This document shows, in pieces, positions 63,553 to 64,000 of a DNA stretch of 64,000 bases (within the stretch, counting starts at the first letter, position 1; the number at the start of each line of letters is the position of its first letter). The translations under genes and the position numbers were made by a program. Origin of the DNA: Oscillospiraceae bacterium (GTDB lineage: Bacteria > Bacillota > Clostridia > Oscillospirales > UBA929); the NCBI GenBank assembly GCA_031253545.1, contig JAIRWH010000009.1, positions 3,066 to 67,065 on the forward strand, in the 5' to 3' direction. The notes under the pieces are model-generated. The model worked only from the letters and a program-made list of their open reading frames with translations. It had not been told where the DNA came from and made no database searches.

Positions 63553-64000
63553 TTACATTATGGTGCCGCCGCCCAGCACCACGTCTTCGCTGTACAGCAC
63601 CACGGCCTGACCCTTCGCAATCGCCCTCTGCGGCTTGTCGAACTCTATGCGCACGGTATCGGGCGAGGCGCGCTCGGCGACGGCCCATTGTTCCTCATGC
63701 CTATATCTCAGCTTCGCCTTCGCCCGCACGGAGCCGGAAGGCGGCTCGCAGGAGAGCCAGTTGAAGTCCGAGGCGCACAGCGCCTTGGCGTAAAGCCCCT
63801 CTTCCGGGCAGAGCGTCACGGTGTTGGCCGCCGCGTCTTTCGAGCGCACATACAGCCGCTCGCCGCGCGCAAGCCCCAACCCCCTGCGCTGACCCACGGT
63901 GTAACGTATAAGCCCCTTGTGCCGTCCGAGCTCGTTGCCGCCGGTATCTGTAAAAAGGCCGGGTTCGCAGGCTTGCCCCGTGTAACGCTCGATGAATCCC
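63553..64000 (-). CDS. mnmA: tRNA 2-thiouridine(34) synthase MnmA, C-terminal part (5' end outside window)
   Basis: My translation continues upstream of the track M: GFIERYTGQACEPGLFTDTGGNELGRHKGLIRYTVGQRRGLGL...QAVVLYSEDVVLGGGTIM, which is the typical MnmA C-terminus. Confidence 0.85.
   Translation of the reverse strand, partial: GFIERYTGQACEPGLFTDTGGNELGRHKGLIRYTVGQRRGLGLARGERLYVRSKDAAANTVTLCPEEGLYAKALCASDFNWLSCEPPSGSVRAKAKLRYRHEEQWAVAERASPDTVRIEFDKPQRAIAKGQAVVLYSEDVVLGGGTIM

Noticed and set aside
1-64000. CRISPR arrays, prophage, integrative elements or defence islands (including around tRNA-Arg at 2639-2714)
   Set aside because: I saw no repeat-spacer periodicity of 25-40 nt. I recognised no integrase, transposase, recombinase, restriction-modification or phage structural genes. 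The tRNA is flanked by ordinary signalling genes, with its own promoter and terminator. The only tandem repeats are 6-14 bp units, reported separately.

Overview
This is a 64-kb chromosomal window from a high-GC, anaerobic, Clostridia-like Firmicute. That placement is an inference from gene content: Rnf, V-type ATPase, rubrerythrin and desulfoferrodoxin, YesM/YesN regulators, GGAGG-type ribosome-binding sites and lipoboxes. I support about 58 protein genes and one tRNA-Arg(ACG). I saw no rRNA, CRISPR array, transposase, integrase or phage genes.

Gene order, left to right:
- A solute-binding-domain-fused sensor (3' end outside the window) and an atypical response regulator, then tRNA-Arg.
- A carbohydrate locus: SBP, two permeases, GH65 phosphorylase, HAD and a chemoreceptor on one strand, with divergent yesM/yesN-like regulators and a GH8.
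- A second chemoreceptor, then an REC-HD-GYP protein with a hybrid kinase, then murJ.
- An apparent 8-gene operon: rnfCDGEAB, a DUF4015-like membrane protein, and a 1404-aa double HgdC/BcrA-type activase fusion.
- zur-znuACB with a translationally coupled lipoprotein, then lexA-yifB/comM.
- An orphan B12/radical-SAM gene, a nine-gene V-type ATPase operon, and cheV.
- rbr, dfx, an HD protein and cutA, then a small AT-richer membrane protein.
- EamA with an amino-acid ABC transporter, and a hybrid kinase carrying two periplasmic SBP domains.
- A third chemoreceptor, metY, and mnmA (5' end outside the window).

Many long ORFs in the track are antisense or alternative-frame artefacts of the high GC content, and several real genes start well inside the listed ORFs.

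I found no clear-cut, wholly new system. The best follow-up candidates are:
- the Rnf-to-activase operon;
- the chemoreceptor embedded in the GH65 operon;
- the SBP-fused sensors;
- the znu-coupled lipoprotein;
- several unexplained repeats and structures in intergenic regions.

All homology calls come from reading motifs by eye. No database search was run.
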